From an uncultured archaeon (lineage in GTDB: Archaea; Thermoproteota; Bathyarchaeia; Bathyarchaeales; Bathycorpusculaceae), in assembly GCA_963782915.1 (NCBI GenBank), contig CAWALK010000018.1:192001-256000 (forward strand): a stretch of DNA of 64,000 nt. Direction: 5' to 3'. The notes under the pieces were generated by a model. That model did not search any database. It saw only the letters and a list, made by a program, of their open reading frames with translations, and had not been told where the DNA came from. The position numbers were made by a program, and so were the translations under genes. Positions 60,565 through 64,000 of the stretch are shown here, in pieces (position 1 is the stretch's first letter; each line of letters starts with the position of its first letter).

Positions 60565-60884
60565 TTTTTCTGTTCCTCCTTTGGTTGAATTGGGTTATGT
60601 ACGCTTACTAGTTTAGTGCCGTCTGGAAAAGTTGCCTCGACCTGAACCAAACTTATCATGTCCGCTACGTTAGGCATCACGTCATCCATCGTCAAAACAT
60701 GCCTGGCATCTTTAGCTATTTTAGCCACTCCTATGCCTCTTCTAGCGCCTTCTTGTACAAAATCAGCAATAATTGCAACAGCTTCTGGATAGTTCAGTTT
60801 TAATCCGTCTTTCATTCTTCGCTCAGCCATACGTGCAGCAGTAAAAATCATCATTTTTTCTGTTTCGCGTGGAACTAGCTTCAT
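60561..60884 (-). CDS. ureA: Urease gamma subunit
   Basis: [26 protein letters not shown]. Confidence 0.96.
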   Translation of the reverse strand: MKLVPRETEKMMIFTAARMAERRMKDGLKLNYPEAVAIIADFVQEGARRGIGVAKIAKDARHVLTMDDVMPNVADMISLVQVEATFPDGTKLVSVHNPIQPKEEQKK

Positions 60885-60922
60885 TTTTTCACCCATTAAT
60901 TTTTAAAAAAACAACACTATAT

Positions 60923-61005
60923 ATGAGGCCCAATAGCTTGGTTTAAAACTATGTTGTATACAAGACTTGTAACAGCACATCTTTAAACCGCTAACTAAGC
61001 CTCAT
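60923..61005. promoter_or_regulatory. Dyad-symmetric bidirectional promoter (ureA / urea transporter)
   Basis: ATGAGGC/GCCTCAT, GGTTTAAA/TTTAAACC and TACAAG/CTTGTA all centred near 60964-60965. Confidence 0.65.
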
Positions 61006-61017
61006 TTTATCTAGAGA

Positions 61018-62175
61018 GTGATTTTTATGGATCCAATTTCAGGAGCTTTAAATTTTATTCTTAATGGGGTCGCGCAAGTTTTCTTCATGGGGTCTCCTCT
61101 GGTTGGAATTATCTTTGTAATTGCTCTTGCCATTAACTCCAAAAGGGCGGCTGCCTTCGCGGTAATGGGGTCAATAGCAGGTAGTTTGGTTGGTTTAGCA
61201 TTAGGCATAGAGCTGGTTCCAGCTTCTTTATCTTCACCTGACAATTCGCTAATTTATGGAATATTTGGGTTTAACTCCGTTTTAACGGCCATAGCCTTAG
61301 GAGATACTTTCCTTGAGAAAGGAAGATCAGCAACAACCGCAGCTGTTATAGGCGCGTTAGTTACCGGTTTTATTACTGCATCGTTAATCTGGTTTACAAA
61401 AATTTTTGGTCTTCCCGTTGAAACTTCAGCGTTTGTTCTAACAACTTGGATTTTCCTGTTTGCGGCTTACAAGTTCCCTAGGCTGAAACTATCTGGGCCT
61501 CCACCGCCAACAAAACAAATAAGCACATTACTCAAAAGTCCTAATGACACTGGGAAAAAAGAACCTTTAAAGCTAAATGAGTTCACTGGTGTGGGGTTTG
61601 TCAAACTCATTTTTACCGGAATAGCTCAAGTATTCTTTCAAGAAAACTGGAAGACAGGAGTACTAATCTTCATAGGATTAACAGTCGCCAGCCTTTCATT
61701 AACCCCCTATGGATTCCCAGCGCAATATCCAATATACTTTGCTGGAATAACAGCATTCATAGGAACCCTTTCTTCAACATTGGCAGCGATAGGTTTCCAA
61801 GCGGATAGAACCGCGATTCTACGTGGATTATATGGTTTCAACGGAACCTTAACAGCCCTAGCGGTCATGGGGGTTTTCCTTGGATTCCTTTGGCCAATAA
61901 GTCCATTTAACGGTTCCCCCATTAACTTCTTTATAATGCTTTTCGCCACGGCCTTCTCTTCTGTAGTAACGGCTTTCATCGGCACAATAACCAGTCGCTT
62001 CAATCTACCGACGCTAACAGGTCCATTTGTATTTACAGCATGGCTAATTATCTTAGGAGCGAAAGTTTTTCCTGCAATAGCACAAGCATCAGTGTCTTTA
62101 TTGCCTATAGGCAATTCTGGGGTATTGATATTGACGAATCATTTGGGACTGATTGCTTCAATAATTTTGCACTAA
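61018..62175 (+). CDS. Urea transporter (UT family)
   Basis: Duplicated GxAQVFF, GxxGFN and LPxxTxxF motifs. Confidence 0.9.
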   Translation: MIFMDPISGALNFILNGVAQVFFMGSPLVGIIFVIALAINSKRAAAFAVMGSIAGSLVGLALGIELVPASLSSPDNSLIYGIFGFNSVLTAIALGDTFLEKGRSATTAAVIGALVTGFITASLIWFTKIFGLPVETSAFVLTTWIFLFAAYKFPRLKLSGPPPPTKQISTLLKSPNDTGKKEPLKLNEFTGVGFVKLIFTGIAQVFFQENWKTGVLIFIGLTVASLSLTPYGFPAQYPIYFAGITAFIGTLSSTLAAIGFQADRTAILRGLYGFNGTLTALAVMGVFLGFLWPISPFNGSPINFFIMLFATAFSSVVTAFIGTITSRFNLPTLTGPFVFTAWLIILGAKVFPAIAQASVSLLPIGNSGVLILTNHLGLIASIILH

Positions 62176-62191
62176 AGGAGCGTGATCCGAT

Positions 62192-63505
62192 ATGTCTGCT
62201 CTTCCAACAGAAAATCTCTTCAACAATCTTTGGGTATTGATATGCGGCGTCCTTGTTTTCCTCATGACTATTTCTGTTGGTATACTTGAGCGGGGGGAAC
62301 TGGGAAAAGGCTATTCGAGAGCTTTGATGAAGAATATTATGATTTCATGCTCTGGTTTCTTTTTTATGGCGTTTCTTGGTTTTAGTGTTGCCTTTGCACC
62401 TACAATTGGGGGTTTAATCGGTAATCCATTGTATAATTTTCCGTTCATGGGCAGTTTCCAAAGTAATTCTGCAGATATTTTTACGCAAGTTTGGTGGTCG
62501 ATGACTCCTCAATACTTCAATAACTTTGTTACTCTTCCCTCATACTTTTTCTTTGAAACAGCCTTCGCCACAGTCACTCTAGCATTAGTCGGTGTAATCG
62601 TTTTAAAGAAAGTCAAGTTGGAAGCATTTTTTCTCTTTTCAATTCCATATTTCATTTTAATTTGGGCGTTGCCAGCTGCTTGGATATGGAACCCCCAAGG
62701 ATGGCTCTATATCCTAGGTGTAAGAGATTTTGCAGGCGGATTGGTTGTTCATGGAGCTGCAGGAGCAGCAGGTTTAGCAATTGTTTTAAGAATTTGGCAA
62801 GAGGAAAAAAAGAAAGGTTTCCATAAAAGTCCTCAAGTACAGCCTAAGCCAAGTACGCCATGGCTAGCTTTGTCCATTCTTCTGCTTTGGCTCGGCTGGT
62901 TTGGTTTCAATCCAGGAAGCACATTAGCATTAAATATTCAATCCTATATTGTGGTTCTGATTACTTTCTTGGCTGCAGCGACTGGCTTTTTGTTTACTAT
63001 GTTTTTTAAATATCTGGAAATAAGAAAATGGCATAGTTTAATGTATGCTGCAAACGGAATACTCATCGGTTTAATCGTTATTACGCCCGTGGCAGGTTAT
63101 GTTGGTCCGGGTAGTGCAGTAATTCTTGGAATATTAGGATCTATATTGTTCATTTTGGGCGAGAAATTATTTCAAAGAGTCAAATGGTTTACAGATCCAG
63201 TCGGTCTTTTTCCAGGACACTTTCTTGGTGGTATATTTGGTTTTATTATGGTGGCGTTCTTTGCGCAATTCTCGTATGCTTCTTTCGGAGGCGGTTCTGG
63301 TTTACCCGATGGTCTATTATTCGGCGGTGGTATGCAAGCTTTGCATCAACTTGGGCTGCAATTGTTCGCGATACCAGTAGTTCTCGTTACAGTTTTTATA
63401 TTATCCTATAGCTTCATGTGGATAATAAGCAAAGGCATTCATGGCATAATTAGAGAGTACACTGCTGAAGAACCTAAAGAACAAAACATAAAACCAAACA
63501 TCTGA
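62192..63505 (+). CDS. amt: Ammonium transporter (Amt family)
   Basis: DFAGGLVVH, WLGWFGFNPGS, second His in FPGH. Confidence 0.9.
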   Translation: MSALPTENLFNNLWVLICGVLVFLMTISVGILERGELGKGYSRALMKNIMISCSGFFFMAFLGFSVAFAPTIGGLIGNPLYNFPFMGSFQSNSADIFTQVWWSMTPQYFNNFVTLPSYFFFETAFATVTLALVGVIVLKKVKLEAFFLFSIPYFILIWALPAAWIWNPQGWLYILGVRDFAGGLVVHGAAGAAGLAIVLRIWQEEKKKGFHKSPQVQPKPSTPWLALSILLLWLGWFGFNPGSTLALNIQSYIVVLITFLAAATGFLFTMFFKYLEIRKWHSLMYAANGILIGLIVITPVAGYVGPGSAVILGILGSILFILGEKLFQRVKWFTDPVGLFPGHFLGGIFGFIMVAFFAQFSYASFGGGSGLPDGLLFGGGMQALHQLGLQLFAIPVVLVTVFILSYSFMWIISKGIHGIIREYTAEEPKEQNIKPNI

Positions 63506-63711
63506 GCCTTTTTTAGCTAAATAAAATAATCATAAAATTTTTTCCCAACAAAATATCTATTTTAAATAAAGTATAACAAATTTTGATAAAGGCATAATGT
63601 TTTGTTAGATCTCTAACAATCTATGTTTTACGAATACTGCTTATAGTTATAAAAACGATTAACCTAGAATATAATAAAACCCTAATTATTGATTATTAGC
63701 AAACGAATTAA

Positions 63712-63952
63712 TCAGATTATTCGTGGAATACCTTGTGCTGCCTCAATCGCTGTCATATCCTTGCCACCTCCACAGGAGAAGATAGGCAAAAAACACCGCA
63801 AGCAATGCCCCTGCTATAGGCCCTACTAAATATACCCAATAGTTACTAAAGTCAAGAAGAAAAAGATCTGGGGCAAAAGAACACGCTGGGTTCATTGATG
63901 CGCCAGATATGGCCGCTGCCCAAAGTCCAACCAAGGCAATATAACCGCCCAC
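63712..63952 (-). pseudogene. Aquaporin/MIP C-terminal remnant
   Basis: SGASMNPACSFAP, WVYLVGPIAG; in-frame TGA just upstream; C-terminal frameshift. Confidence 0.7.
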
Positions 63953-64000
63953 GTTTCTTTTTCAATAGTCAAAAACAATGGGTGGATTGGCGCAGAAGTA

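Noticed and set aside
800-63411. Numerous antisense or overlapping ORFs in the track (e.g. 800-1084, 6279-6548, 21279-21563, 37900-38334, 58534-58914, 61707-62114)
   Set aside because: Shadow frames of well-supported genes on the opposite strand, with no recognisable motifs
63712-63952. Functional aquaporin with a novel NPAC filter
   Set aside because: Only the C-terminal half is present, with an upstream in-frame stop and a frameshift, so the Arg-to-Cys change is probably decay. The window edge limits the view.

Overview
Archaeal chromosomal segment, most consistent with Candidatus Bathyarchaeia (TACK). The basis is TFB, two PurP paralogs, a second diphthamide-less EF-2, HdrBC/MvhAG, tandem tungsten AOR operons, many TTG starts and lineage-typical small or secreted proteins; the taxon is inferred from gene content, not from a search. 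Positions 1-44,000 are mostly housekeeping and anaerobic metabolism with four stand-alone toxin-antitoxin pairs. From about 44,100 the sequence is visibly more AT-rich and accessory, and ends in a complete urease cluster (ureABC-orf-ureEFGD) transcribed divergently from a urea transporter and an Amt. Many conserved genes carry single-base frameshifts, most likely assembly indels. Non-coding structure the ORF track does not explain: (i) a ~0.9-kb integrase-free mini-element at tRNA-Lys, bounded by a duplicated tRNA 3' end and 21-bp inverted repeats; (ii) a TA-only micro-island at tRNA-Ile(CAU); (iii) a dispersed bipartite G-rich repeat in 3 copies; (iv) a ~150-nt G-U-rich long hairpin with its own TATA box and operator-like palindrome, a candidate ncRNA; (v) an 83-bp dyad-symmetric bidirectional promoter between urease and the urea transporter. 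All product calls come from recognising motifs by eye.
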